Shown: positions 1-14,940 of the stretch, one piece after another
Layout: the number at the start of each line of letters is the position of its first letter
How positions within the stretch are numbered: the stretch's first letter is position 1
Source: Balanoglossus misakiensis
Taxonomy: Eukaryota > Animalia > Hemichordata
DNA length: 64,000 nucleotides
NCBI GenBank assembly: GCA_040954595.2
Contig: CM082591.2
Coordinates: 8,348,380 to 8,412,379, forward strand
Reading direction: 5' to 3'
Translations under genes and position numbers: made by a program
Notes under the pieces: model-generated
Database searches by the model: none
The model's input: the letters and a program-made list of their open reading frames with translations, nothing else
Told to the model about the DNA's origin: nothing

Positions 1-326
1 GTTTGTATGATGTGTGCGGTGTGTGTGGTTGTATGGTGTGTGCGGTGAGTGGGAATGAGTGATGATGATGATGATGATGATGATGAGATGATGATGATGG
101 AATGATGATGAAGATGATGAAGATGATGGTGATGATGATGAAGGTGATGGAATGATGATGATTATAAGGATGATGATGATGATGAAGGTGATGATGGAAT
201 GATGATGAAAATGATGAAGATGATGATGGTGATGAAATGATGATGATAAAAGAAGATGATGAAGATGATGATGATGAAGATGATGGTGATGATGATGGTG
301 ATGATGATGAAGATGATGATAATGGA

Positions 327-358
<32 letters not shown>

Positions 359-878
359 ATGGAAAGATGATAGTGATGATGATGATGATGATGATGAAGA
401 TGATGATGATGATGATAAGGAAAGATGATAGTGATGATGATGATGAAGATGATGGAATGATGAAGATGAATAAGATGAAGAAGATAAAGATGATGATGAT
501 GATGAAGATGATGAAGATGATGATGATGATGATGATGATTGTGATGATGATGATGATGAAGATGATGATGATGAAGATGATGAAGATGATGATGATGATG
601 ATGATGATTGTGATGAAGATGATGAAGAAGATGAAGATGATGATGATGATTGTGATGATGATGATGATGATGAAAATGATGGAGATGATGATGAAGATGG
701 AATGATGATGAAAATGATGAAGATGATGATGAAGATGATGGAATGATGATGATGATGATGATGATGCTGATGATGATGATTGTGATGATGATTGTGATGA
801 TTGAATGATGATGATGATGATGAAGAAGATGATGATGATAATGATGATGATTGTGATGATGATGATGATGATTGTGAT

Positions 879-910
<32 letters not shown>

Positions 911-949
911 GTGATTGATGATAATGATGATGGTGATGGTGATTGTGAT

Positions 950-980
<31 letters not shown>

Positions 981-1233
981 GATGATTGTGATGATGATGA
1001 TTATGATGATGATGATGATGAAGATGATGATGGAATGATGATGAAAATGATGAAGATGATGATGATGATGGAATGATGATGATAAAGAAGATGACGAAGA
1101 TGATAATGAAGATGATGATGGAATGATGATGATGATGATGATGATGATGGTGGTGGTGTGGGCGAATGAGTGCGGTTTGTATGATGTGTGCGGTGTGTGT
1201 GGTTGTATGGTGTGTGCGGTGAGTGGGAATGAG

Positions 1234-1276
<43 letters not shown>

Positions 1277-2034
1277 ATGATGATGAAGATGATGGTGATG
1301 ATGATGAAGGTGATGGAATGATGATGATGATAAGGATGATGATGATGATGAAGGTGATGATGGAATGATGATGAAAATGATGAAGATGATGAAGATGATG
1401 ATGGTGATGAAATGATGATGATAAAAGAAGATGATGAAGATGATGATGATGAAGATGATGGTGATGATGATGGTGATGATGATGAAGATGATGATGATGA
1501 TGATAAGGAAAGATGATAGTGATGATGATGATGAAGATGATGGAATGATGAAGATGAATAAGATGAAGAAGATAAAGATGATGATGATGATGAAGATGAT
1601 GAAGATGATGATGATGATGATGATGATGATTGTGATGATGATGATGATGAAGATGATGATGATGAAGATGATGAAGATGATGATGATGATGATGATGATG
1701 ATTGTGATGAAGATGATGAAGAAGATGAAGATGATGATGATGATTGTGATGATGATGATGATGATGAAAATGATGGAGATGATGATGAAGATGGAATGAT
1801 GATGAAAATGATGAAGATGATGATGAAGATGATGGAATGATGATGATGATGATGATGATGCTGATGATGATGATTGTGATGATGATTGTGATGATTGAAT
1901 GATGATGATGATGATGAAGATGATGATGATAATGATGATGATTGTGATGATGATGATGATGATGATTGTGATTGATGATGATGATGATGATGATTGTGAT
2001 TGATGATAATGATGATGGTGATGGTGATTGTGAT

Positions 2035-2065
<31 letters not shown>

Positions 2066-2082
2066 GATGATTGTGATTGATG

Positions 2083-2114
<32 letters not shown>

Positions 2115-2300
2115 GATGATAATTATGATGATTGTGATGATGATTATGATTGTGATTGATGATGATTATGATAATGATGATAATGATGATGATTGTGATG
2201 ATGATGATGATGATGATGATTGTGATTGATGATGATGATGAAGATGATGATGATGATGATGGTGATGGTGATGATGAAGTTGGTGATGATAATGATGATT
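1..2300. repeat. Degenerate (GAT)n/(GAA/GGT/TGT-interrupted) microsatellite block with ~1174-bp higher-order duplication
   Basis: Continuous GAT triplets. The GT-rich leader 'gtttgtatgatgtgtgcggtgtgtgtggttgtatgg...gggaatgagt' occurs at 1 and again at 1175, and the interruption pattern repeats (near-identical poly-M ORFs at 367 and 1431). Confidence 0.95.
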
Positions 2301-4959
2301 ACGCGCCTGAGGACAGTGAAAAAACCTCGAGCCAATTATAAATGAGGAAAAACTGCCCTCTCCCCCATTGACCATGCAAATTCTAAAAGTTGGGGGTCAA
2401 CCTAACCTGAAGCGTTTTAGCGGCTTAAAGATTCATGAACAATTTGACATAGAATGCGATCGCGGGTAATGTTGGGAAACTCCACAGGCAAATCACTTGG
2501 GTACCAATGCTGACCACTTCCACCATTACCATTTCCACTGCGCAGTTTTACATTGGTGTCCATGTTTCAAAGCTGAAAGAAAAAGTGAAAGTGCCTTCTT
2601 CAAATTCAATGCCACTAAAGGATAGAGTAACATCTGTGAGTGTAAATATTATATCTAGCCAGAATAAACCCACTGCGCAGGAAAATATGCAGTCCAACAC
2701 AACACCTCAAGATCACTGCAGAGGCATCACACCTTTTTATCAGGCTTACACTATGGGCATATGTAACAAGATGTGCAACATTGCTCATATTGAAGCAGAC
2801 ATACAACGGAGACGCTTGAAGAAATTAAAAACTCAATTTTGTAGCCTAATGAATAAAACATGGCGACAAATGTGTGTGTGTCATTATTTTTTAAATATTT
2901 AACAGTAGATAGAAGACAAATATTCATACATTTATGCTATTGGAACAGACACCCGCGAATGAAAGATAAAATAAAAACAAGAGTTGGTATTTTCTTGTTG
3001 TCAAACCATGGACAAACTATGTTGATTGACTACAAACATCCAAGGAACACCAGTTACATGTAGTTCTTTATGAACAGGCCTCACCCACGTCATTGCAATG
3101 GACACTGACTGAGTTAATCGCGCATATTGCATCAGTTGGCCACTTTTTCTTTTAGGCATGGAAAAGAAACTCTTTCCCTTTTCAAATTCAATACCGATAA
3201 ATGTGAAGTCTGGATCAGTGAACTTGATTCGGATGGGTCTATGAGCATAGTGACTGGAAAGATTTCACCAGCTTCACAGTAGTGCTACCAAAAATGACTG
3301 ACTGTTATCATCTCTACCCACAAAGCTCTTTTGCTATGGTAGTCAATTCAACGGCCGATTGGGCACACGGTGAGCGGACAATGACTGCTGATTAATGTCT
3401 TCGCTGTTTACATACAGCCAGGATGAAAATTCTGTATATCCAAATATGCGACAAGTGACACCATTTAGTTTCTGATCACAAGTCATTTGAGAGTGGTTTT
3501 CCATGATAAAATGAGCGTCCACTCCAATTCAATTCAATATTTCGCTCAATAAAACGTGGTTGTGGAAAGAGCCATTCATGGGGAGGGGGGGAGCAAAGTG
3601 TTCGCTATTCGTGTAGGAACAAACTAATTTTGTTGGATACTATGACTATGCTTAAGGTGGCATTGCATGGAACCGTCAAGACTCTTTCAGAGGCCTATTC
3701 CTCATCAAAGACAAAGTTAAAACCCCCATAAACCATATATATTCTGGAGGCTGAGTTTTTGAACTTTTGATTGAGTTGCATATATTATTGATCCCCGGAA
3801 ATGGTGGCGTTTTTGGGTTAAAAAAAATATGTCATTTAATTTAAATTAGGTAAAAAAGTTGACTATGCATCATCCATCTTAGTATGTCATTCGAAACTAG
3901 AGTACACGTGCAAAAAAACACCTCTAACACCCCTAAAATGTAATTTCCCATGTTTGTCTTAAAATGGTATGTTATATCTTATTTCAGGGTTTTCATTAAT
4001 ATGGGTACCTAAAACAATTTCAACTTGGTTGACATGGCAATATTAGACAACTGTTCTAATTTGCATAATTCAAAATGGGCGCCGCACACCCCTGTATAAT
4101 TTAACTTTTGCCCGTCTTGTTTCTTGATTATTGTGTAATATATTTTTTTAAAATTTGTTTATATACATTGAATCCATTTCTGGTGTTGATTTGTTAATTA
4201 GGCCAAATAAATGAAATGCTTCTGGTCAGTGCGCACGTCACTTGAATAACAAGGCATAAACCCTTTTTTCTGTTCTTTGGTGGCTGCCTTGGGAAACTAC
4301 GTTCTGTTTCAGCTGGCTATAAATCACTGGATGTGAGGGCAACCGCATGACACAGTACACTAAAGACTACGCTCGGCCTCAAAGATTATTGACTGAAATG
4401 ACACAATTGTTTTTATCAAGTACTCAAAGGTTACATTTTGGAAACCATTAGAGCAACGCCAACAACCTAATCAAGATATGCAAATTAGGTAAAGATGCAG
4501 TCAAAAGAGCAGAGGACGTAATTTGTGGTTTCATTGCTTCCCCACAGACTCAGGAAATAAAAAAGAAGCGCGACCACTGATAATAGAAGAGCTGTCCCCC
4601 CCCCCCTGACATAAGAAAATTTTTTTTAAATACGGTGCTCAAAGTTGCATTTTAATGAACTCAAAAGCAAATTAACTCAATGTTGGGGAAAACCAATTTT
4701 ACTTTTGGCACTCCACCCAAAGTAAGCATGGGTGGGATGGGGTGGCAAGTAGTCTGCCCTGGTACACTAGACAAACCAGCCAATAAATGAAATGTGGCGG
4801 AGAATGGAGGGGAAGGTGTGTCCCCCTCCCACATTAGAAAATTTTGTAAAATAAAGGGTGCAAAACAGCAATTTTGTGGACTCAAAAGCAAAATTTCAGA
4901 GGCCGACCACCCCCCCCCCCCCCAGCCGTAAAAATTGAACGGTCCCTTACGACTCAAAT

Positions 4960-6513
4960 TTTAAAATACTCGGCCATATAATTTCTGAGAAATATAATTT
5001 TTTTATCAAAATTGGAAAATATGCCCCTAAAATACAAGATATTGCTCCCACAAACCATTGGCACTTTCATCATAGGTTTTGTAAATCATCCTGACAAATC
5101 ACCCAGGAACCTTCGTGTCAAATTTTAAAGCATTAGGGTAGAGGGTTCTGAACAAGAGTTTTGACCAAAAATGGCAAAAAATCACCCCAAAAATATACTC
5201 TTGAATTCTCCAAGTTGATTTAAAAACATACATGCAAATCTTTCTTGGGGTACCCCAAGGAACATGCCTACCAAATTTCAAAGCCATCTGACAAGTGGTT
5301 TTAGAGAGAAAAAAAATGACCAAAAAAGGCAAAAATTGCTCCAAAACTATTAATATGCAAATTTTGCAACAAATTGAACAAAACTATGGGTAACTCAGAT
5401 CACCTAAATAAAGCTTCATACTAAATTTCAAAGAAATGAGATGATCAATTCCAGAAAAGTAGATTTTTAACCAAAATGTAGACCAAGACCAAAAAATGCA
5501 TAAAAAATAGAAAATTCACACTATTAGCTCAAACCATACAGAACTGTGTGACGTTAACAAAGCATTGGGACATTGTGACCCACAGCAGGTTGGAAAGGGG
5601 GACAAATCATATTTTTGGCATACTATATCTAATTAACATAAAATTTACATAATCATAGCATCTTTCGAACATCACTATGGCCCCCTCATCATTGATATAA
5701 ATTATTATAATGGGTGTCTGCAGAGTGCTCTCTTTCTAGTTAAGCAGTCAGGCCTTAAATTGTTTTCGTTTGCTTCCTTGTTTACCAGCACATACGGCAC
5801 ACACACCCCTGTTGAGGGGACCAAGGCCCTTTGAAATGATGTCACTCACATGCTAGAGATATCCTCCCCCCCCCAAAAAAAAAAAAAAAAAAAAAAAATT
5901 GGCAACGGGGAGATATAATACCCCCCCCCCCCCTGTTTATGCCATCCTGGATGAAACACTGCCTGCCCATGCCAAGTTCACAAGTTTTCAGTGCAGGTTG
6001 TCTTTTACATCCTACAACATGTATATAATTTTCAGAAATTGGACATATCCTAGGACATCTCAGATTTTGTGTTAAGGTCATAAACTGTGACAAGTGAATC
6101 TCTTTGTATGCTGCGTACACCTATCAGCTATCAGGAAACAATGTGTGTTAGCGCCAGCTATTTTTTACACTCAGAGTGCGCCCGTGGTGCCCAGCAGTAT
6201 GCCAGAAAGTGCTGTTAGAGGGTGACATGAGGTAGATTCATCTAAATTTTCAGTTTTGAAAGCAATTTGCCCAGCAGTTGTCGATTTTCTGATTTTTTTC
6301 ACAAATTTTACATTTTCCCAGCGTATTAGACAAACTCCCATCTACAGCCCTGCCTGCATATGCACACTAAATATCAAGGTGATATGCTAGTGGTTTCCAA
6401 GTGTTTGATGTGGACGGACATACAGACATACATCCATCCATACATACATACAGGTGAAACTGATCGCCATAAGGTCCCGTGGTATAAATACATATACCAA
6501 ATGGGCCGAAAAA
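4960..6513. mobile_element. Degenerate non-autonomous Helentron/HINE-like repeat remnants
   Basis: Short internal repeats 'aaatttcaaagc..gttttagagaaaa..ttttgaccaaaaatggcaaaa' are shared with 14500-14940 and 22230-22570. A (CATA/CAGA)n stretch is followed by an imperfect hairpin and A-tract at 6475-6513. Boundaries approximate. Confidence 0.45.
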
Positions 6514-9264
6514 TTCTGATAAAATTCCTACATACATACATAGAAGTCAGCAAGAGGGGAGGGTGGGCTGGTGCTCAGTGTCTATTTCTGTTGCAAATTA
6601 TAGTGCAAAAACCACTTATACCTTGGACAACACATTTTAGCATTAACTAGCTATGGAGCTCAAATCAGTCGCTTGAACAGCTTTTTCCCTACTGCACTTC
6701 ACATGTTACATGATGGTAAACCATGTGCTGTGAAAGTTCATCAATCTCGTCTCCCATAGATTTTTTCATTCCACATATCTGAAGTTGTTGTGCTATACCT
6801 AGACACTGTTCTTTTCATTCTGTTTGTACGTTTTTCTCAAACCTTTTCTGTAATGCAATGTTCTTTTTTATCTTGAAACACCACAACACATTTCTTTGTG
6901 CATGCAATAGCAATTATATATGACAGTAAAAATTATTATTATTATTATTATACCATAAGTTGTGCTCACCAGAAAGTGATCTTCGATGTGGCCAGCGTCT
7001 TCTCACTCTCCTCCTCACAAGTTTAAATGCTGACATTTAATTTTAAGACTGTGAATTAAATATATGCATATTAATTAGTTACCAATCATAACCTTGCTAT
7101 AGAATTCTGCCATACTAATTACTGAAAATATGCTAAATATGGTATAATGTCAGGTCAGACTGTGCTATGATAATGCACAACAGTGGAAAATTCATCAGGG
7201 AAATGTGTCACAGTGTTCTTTGAAACAGAAATCTTGAAACTCAATTTACATCAGGAGTGCAGTAAAGAAGGTTTACATGGGTATACCAAAACATGGAAAT
7301 CAAGTGATAAGTGAAACTGAAATATCTGTAAACAACAGAACATGTACACGCACTTGGCATCTATGTAACACTGTACAAGGATTACGTTATGGTTGTTGTG
7401 AAAAAGAAAACTTTCATTTGATCCAACTCACTCTTCATAAAACTGATTAGCACAAATATGTATATTGGTAGCGATTATAAAGCAAACCTTGACATTTAAG
7501 CTTTGAATATCAGTATACTGAAATGTTTCAAACGTGGCTGTCAGTATACCTCATGGCTTGGTGGCGGACATATATGCCAACCGTAGCATAGACTGGGCAT
7601 GACAGCAACTGCAGACGATTTGAGGCAGCACCTGTGAATCAAATAGGCAAAGAAATCAGTATTAGTAACCATTCATAAAACACCTTTAGCATATGCCACT
7701 TATTATTCAAAATATACAGGATGTGCAATCATGTGGCCAAGTAATCCATACATTGAGGCTTAAGATAATTTGGTATTTATCATCTGATACACTTATTATC
7801 CTTGTGCCACAATGCCAACATCGGGACATACAGACACTGGTAGCTTATAACAGTCATAATGCTAAAAAATCTAACAGCAATTACAATTCTGATAAATCAT
7901 GCAATCAAATCCCCTATCTAATAGTCACGACTGGTCAGTTTCTTCGCTATCACCTTGCCTTAAAATTGCCTGTCTCAAAAGTTAAACTGTAGTGTGTTAT
8001 GGTACCACCACCATAGCAAAGTCGACACGAAGCCCACAAACAACATGTTACTGAGTGGTGTTTATGGGGGCCTAGGTAAGAAATATTAGCAAAGCGTAGA
8101 ATCAATATCTTCGAGATTGAAAACAAGGCTGAAAAGCTGCAAAATCTCTATAATTTAATAGTGCAACAGGTTAGCTTATTATTCATTTATTTACTTGTTT
8201 TTTTTATTTACAAATATGGTCACATTTGTTGACATGTTAGAGTTAGAATTTATTCAACGTTTAGGATTACAGTTTGGATTTATTTCGCTCCACAGCATCA
8301 CTCCCTGTGGTCTAACTGCAATTTCAGAATTTTCCCGAAGTGGGTTTCCGTTGGTTTTCAAAATGGTAAGCGGGAGTACAAACACTCGCTTACTGCAAGT
8401 TTTTCCTGATATTTACTTGTTTGAAAGCAAAAATTTGGAATAAAATTTTGCTCCATGCATCAAGAACGTCAAAGCCCAAATGATTTCAAATGCAAATTTA
8501 CCAGTACAAGAACGAGGCACCGTCTGCAAGTCGAATATGCATATTAGTTTCTACTCAATCATAATCTTGCTTAAATAGCATTACATCACTCTAATTAGTC
8601 AAAATATGCAGTGCAACGTATGTGTGCAGATGGAAAATACACATCACGTCAATGAATGCACACAAACTGAAATCTTTATTGACAAATTCTGTCACAGCAT
8701 TCTTTCGAAATGGGATTTATAAACTCTATTATCTCAGTACCGCATTAGGCTACAGAAGCGTAGGGCAAATCAAAATTGGGACAGGCTATTTTTTTATTTC
8801 TTAAAATCTTTGTACTGCTAAAACAATTGAAAACTAGTTTATTTTAGCAATAAAGTAGAAGTATAAGCATGGCAAGAACAGCCATATTCTTTTGCAGCAA
8901 AGCTAAATTATTTATCTGGTTAAAAAGTATATCAACTCATATTTAGGGTTTATAATACTTGTATATACATCATGGGGTGTTAAATTATGCAAATTAGTAT
9001 TTAAATATACTCAATTATGACAATATACCTGTTTCTATAAAAACATTAAGCTTTTACTATCAAATTTTTGCACTATAAAGGTGATTTCTATCTGTTACAT
9101 TGATAATTGAAATCATTTGGCGGCCATTTTTATTCTAATTATCTCAAATTTCACAGTACTAACACAGCTCCAGTAACCATTTCTTTCTCTCTGGTGATCT
9201 ATGCAAGTAGAATCTGCTTTAAAAAAAACTCTGAAGACACTTTTACAAGGTTCATCACAAAATG

Positions 9265-11290
9265 AACTATATTGGTTAACTTGAAATAGCTTATGTACAT
9301 AATTATTGTGTTAAAGTTTAATACTTTATTAGGTGTTTGAGTCCTCCAAATTTGAAGGCAGTATCTGCTGTGCATGCCAACTTATGGAAAAGTAGATCAA
9401 AGGTCATTGCCAAAATTATCAAAAGATTTGGGTTATGTCCTGGCAGCAGTAGTACTCATGTGAACAAAATCATGACTGTTGTGCTTTTTAACAAGAGGCA
9501 TATCCACATAAAATAAGTTCTGGAAAAACTGGATCAAAGGACAAGCGAGAGTCGCAAACAAATTGTTTAATCAATTTCTGTAAAATCTTGATCAAAGAAC
9601 ATGTGAAAGTAGTCTAATAATTGTGATATATTCTGGTCATATGGTGACTCATATCCATAAAAAGAATTTGTGTGGTTTCAATGAATAGGCTAGAAATAGG
9701 AAATTTTAGTCTTTTATCGGAGATCAGAAAATCCAATTTGGCTCCAATAAGGTTTACCCAATCACAATTTACTTGAAAACTTGAGTAGAAAAAGATTTGT
9801 GAAATTTTTCATGAGATTTTTCAAAAATCCAATATGGCAACCAAAGTGACATGACCACTAATGATATTATTGTCAAACATTGAACCGCACAGTAAATTAG
9901 AACTTGATTTGCCTTGTAGTTGTTGAAAAGATGTCAATTTTCAAGGGTTATCAGAATATCCAATATGGCCACCATTAAGAAGAAATGGGACAGGCCCAAG
10001 CGGTTAGCATGGTTCCAACAGAAAGCAAAGGCTGTTTTGTTGTGGATTCCAAGCAATGATAAGTTAGCAAGAGGTCACGCAAAATTGTGACACAAATTGT
10101 TGATCTTAAACTGATAAGTATCCAACAAAAACCACACTTCTATAAAGCTCTATTTGTTTACTTGAAATAGCTTATGTACAAAATTATTGTGTTAATGTTT
10201 AATACTTCACTAGGTGTTCCAGTCCACCAAATGTGAAGGCTGTATCTGCTGTACATTCCAAGGCATGGGATAGTAGATCAAAGGTCATTGCCAAAATTAT
10301 CAAGAGATTTGGGTTATGTCCTGGCAGCAGTAGTACTCATGTGAACAAAATCATGACTGTTGTGCATTTTAACAATAGGCATATCCACATAAAATAAGTT
10401 CTGGAATTACTGGATCAAAGGACATGCGAGAGTCGCAAACAAATTGTTTAATCGAGTTCTGTAAAAACTTGATTAAGGATATGTGAAAGTAGTCTAATAA
10501 TTGTGATATATTCTGGTCACATGGTGACTCATATCCATAAAAAGAATGTGTGGTTTCAATGAGTAGGCTAGAAATAGGAAATTTTAGTCTCTTATCGGAG
10601 ATCAGAAAATCCAATTTGGCTCCAATAAGGTTTAACTAATCACAATTCACTTGAAAACTTGATTAGAAATAGATTTTTGAAAAAAAAATTATGATATTTT
10701 TCAAAAATCCAATTATGCATCCAAAGCCACATGACCACTACTGATATTATTGTCAAACATTGAACCGCACATTAAATTAGAACTTGATTGGCCCTGTAGT
10801 TTATGAAAAAAAATGTCAACTTTTAAAGGTTATCTGAAAATCCAATATGACCGCCATGAAGAAGACAATTAAAACATTAACTAAAAGCAGCATTGAAGGG
10901 ACCAAAATGGTTAGCATGGTTCCAACAGAAATCAAAGGCTGTATCTGTTATGGATGCTGAGAAATGGCAAGTAAGCCAGAGGTCACGCAAATTTGGGCCA
11001 ACAAATTTTGATATCAAACTAAGCTGTGTCCAACAGAAAACATACTTCTAAGCTCTATTGGTTAACTTGAAATAGCTTATGTACATAATTATTGTGTTAA
11101 AGTATAATGCCTCATTAGGTGTTTCAGTCCTCCAAATTTGAAGGCTGTATCTGCTGTGCATGGCAACTTATGGAAAAGTACATCAAAGGTCATTGCCAAA
11201 ATTATCAACATTTTTGGGTTATGTCCTGGAAGCAGTAGTATTCATGTGAACAAAATCATGACTGTTGGGCTCTTTAACAAGATGCATATC
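9265..11290. repeat. Tandem array of ~2.3 copies of an ~880-900 bp unit derived from the HINE family seen at 39846-41721
   Basis: 'ctatt(g/t)gtt(a/t)acttgaaatagcttatgtaca' recurs at ~9268, ~10150 and ~11055. Shares 'aaagtagatcaaaggtcattgccaaaatta', 'tgtcctggcagca' and 'ggtcatatg(g/a)tgactcatatcca' with the HINE. Confidence 0.85.
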
Positions 11291-11751
11291 TATGTATAAT
11301 TTACTTCTTAAACATAATGTAAATGACACTGTGGTGCCATTTGGGGATAACACAGAAATTAGGTATTCGCCAGAATTAAAATAACGGACGACATTGGCAA
11401 GCATATTTGGCATTACTATTTAAATACTAAGGAAACTATGCCCAATCAAGTGTTATGTGTCACAGCAATCTTACAAGCAGCACTAAAAAACAACAACCGA
11501 TTTTTGTCCAAAAACTGTCTGTAAAAATACATGCAAGTATGACAAGCTAATTAGTCCAATCAGACAGAGGCATTCACTGACCTACCACCAGTTTATAATA
11601 AAATAGCTGGTGGTCCCTGTAACAGCTGGACCATAAAAATTATAAAAGGAAGTTCAGTTAAAAATTTACTCCAAGATTGCCGTTTATTTTTCTGATAATT
11701 TTTTTATAAATCTGTCTTGAAATTGAAGAAAGTACTCAGATTTTAGCATGG

Positions 11752-12659
11752 TTCTCACTCACATGAATGCTGGCATCTGTGTTGACAGGTTGACCCCAAC
11801 ATTGCGTTGTGGCTTGCTAGGAATAAACGTTGTCTACTCTGAACAGTTGCCACAGGTAAAAGGGCCCACAGCAGACGAGTTGATTTTAGCAGGTGCCAAG
11901 CCTATTGGCCAGCGCTGGGAATACACAAAATATATTGATGCAATGAATGAATGAACACAATACGTGGTGGCTTGGTAAATCTAAAACGGACTGGTTACTC
12001 CACTGAAATTCAGCCTAAGTCTGTGTGATACGCAACTCAGACCAACTCAGCTCAGCTCACATGGCGCGTTGAATTAATCATTCATTTGCCAGACGGTCTT
12101 ATTGGACCCCCCAGTTTACATGGCCTGTGAGGGCGTACTTTACAGAAAATATAGGGTACTTTCTCCATTTTTATTACAGATCTAAAATAGGCATTATGAA
12201 TTATTCAGCAAAGACAAGATCAGTCCTGATACTCACTCACATGAATGCTGGCATCTGTGTTGACAGGTTGACCTCAACATTGCGTGGTGGCTTGCTATGA
12301 AGAAACGTTGTCTCCTCTGAACAGTTGCCACAGGTAAAAGGGCCCACAGCAGACGAGTTGATTTTAGCAGGTGCCAAGCCTATTGGCCAGCGCTGGGAAT
12401 ACACAAAATATATTGATGCAATGAATTAATGAACACAATACGTGGTGGCTTGGTAAATCTAAAACGGACTGGTTACTCCACTGAAATTCAGCCTAAGTCT
12501 GTGTGATACGCAACTCAGACCAACTCAGCTCAGCTCACATGGCGCGTTGAATTAATCATTCGTTTGCCAGACGGTCTTATTGGACCCCCCAGTTTACATG
12601 GCCTGTGAGGGCGTACTTTACAGAAAATATAGGGTACTTTCTCCATTTTTATTACAGAT
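11752..12659. repeat. Recent ~478-bp tandem duplication (2 copies)
   Basis: 'ctcactcacatgaatgctggcatctg...ctccatttttattacagat' occurs at ~11754 and ~12232 with only a handful of substitutions. Confidence 0.95.
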
Positions 12660-14274
12660 ATCTTAGTAGGTTATAATAAAGAAAATTATCAAGGTACAAA
12701 GGCATCAAATAATACTGAGATTCTCAAGTATCTTCAACATTTTTCAAAGAATTTTACCCAATTATATAAAAATGCAAGATTCACAGAAGATTACGTCTTT
12801 CAGTTTTACATGAGATCATCTTGTAAAAAATATATCTCTACTTTTTGCATGGCACCATGGTAAAATATGAAAATTTGCAATTTTTGATGTTCCGTATCTC
12901 AATCAGGTTTGATCTAATTGTTACGAAATTTTCAGATTATATTACAATATATGTGCAGATACACATAGTGACTTAAGTTTTTGATATCTGGATTATAATT
13001 TAAATTCCCAGGCGCTCAAATATGGTTAACCTAGCATTTTAACATTGAAAATGGGCGGCCATATTGGGTTGACATTTCATTAGATGGCAATATTTGTTTA
13101 TACACTGCAATTTGCTGAAAATCAGTCACTGTAGTAAGCGGAAATATTTAAATTCTTGTAAATTTTTAGCAATCATAAAGCTGATATTACTACCAAAAAT
13201 AATATTTTATACAGTTACTTCTGGACGGCAAAAATTGCCATCATTCAAGTCAAAGTCTCAGATCGGCCCTTATGCTTGCCTGTGTCGAGCAAATATCAAA
13301 CGTGGAGAAAGTTGGATAGTTTAATTTCTACATGTTACCTGAACTGTAGACTATTACCATTAACAAGAATTTCATGTTAAATTTTGGTATGATATGCATG
13401 GAAAGACTGGCTGGCTATAAATCATAAAAATGGACGCCGTTGCACCATACAGTTTTTACTGCACACACACGTATTTTAAGCAAACTGTGTCTTTCATGTA
13501 TTCTACTTTTCTCCCTTCCTTGCTGGCTTTCTCTATTTCTTTTCTGACTGTGTCTTTACGAAATTACAGATTTTTTGGTAATTCAATTTCTGGCTCAAAT
13601 AAATGTACTAGAGCTGGTAAGGTTTCCTGAACATTAATCCCTGTATCTTTAACGCAGGTGTGTAAGTTCATATAAAGTTCATTGGTTAAAGGAATATTAT
13701 GAGCTGATAAATTTACTAAGCTCTTCTCTTTCCAGTTAGAAGCTCTGCTATATTATCAACTACTCTCAATGCTACTTCAATAATGTTGCCTGTGCAAATA
13801 AAGAATCAAAATATCCATTAGTTAGACAACATATTTGGTTGGGTAATTACAGAATAATTACTTAATTCCATGCATACTCTACCTAAACTCAAATTAGAAT
13901 ATATAACTGAAATTATAATTATACACAGGTCTATGAAATGATAAAAAATGTATAATCTAGGAAAGAACACCCATGGGCATTCAGCTCTTAGCAGATAACA
14001 TCAGTCACTTTGAAGACATGTCACTTCCCAGACTTTACTAAAAAGAACTTGAAGTGAAACTCATCTCCAAGTTGCATACACAATATTATTATATACTGTT
14101 AGAGATTTATAATGGTTTAAGTGAAAAAGAAATAAAGAGATGTAAACACCCCTGCCATTTATTCAGTGCCATGTAATTGCTGCCATTATGCACTGATTGA
14201 CTCTAGCCACTTTCCCAGTAGGAGGAAAAAGACTTTAATGGCAACACCAACATATGACGTTAACAAGCGGGAAG

Positions 14275-14940
14275 AAACGAAAGTTACTCAGTTTTTGGCA
14301 TTTTATTTTTATTTGCAAGATCGAGAAATTAAAATATGACAAGTTTAGAAATCAATCAAATTACACAAAATGTCCCACTTCGTATGGCGGCCATATTGGA
14401 TTCTAAACTCCCTAGTAATATAAACATATAGTGTATTTAGTGAGTCTCAGTATAGGGTAATCAACACAATGAGACAAAAACTTGGGTTACCCATTCGAAT
14501 ATTCGTATCAAATTTCAAAGCAATCCCATATGCAGTTTCACAAAAAATCAGTATTTTCTCCAAAATTGTACAATATCTTACTTCAATCGCTTCAGGGAAC
14601 ATGCCTACCATAGCTCAAGGCAATCTGACATGCAGTTTGAAAGAAAATAATTTTTGATGAAAAATTCCACAACTTTCACACACAAAACGCAAATATGAAA
14701 ATTTCAAGTATTTTTTTTAAACATCTCATTTAATTATCCCCAAGGAACAGGCCTACAAAATTTGAAAGCAATCTCACCAGCGGTTTTAGAGAAAACATTT
14801 TTTGACCAAAAATGGCAAAAATTGCTACAAAATTATAAATATGCACATTTTTCATCAACCAGGTTTTCATCAACTGGGACCACACATACAAAAGTATGCT
14901 TCAAAGCAACACGACTCTTGGAGAAAAAATGCTTGTCACC
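14275..14940. mobile_element. Degenerate HINE-like repeat remnant
   Basis: 'atggcggccatattggat' motif plus internal repeats shared with 4960-5550 and 22230-22570. Confidence 0.45.

Noticed and set aside
237-2375. Poly-Met, poly-Asp and poly-His ORFs
   Set aside because: Translation artefacts of the (GAT)n tract.
2400-3650. 131-aa ORF at 2507 and an exon-like minus-strand segment at ~2410-2573
   Set aside because: No recognisable domain and other frames contain many stops, so I cannot support a gene or transposon call.
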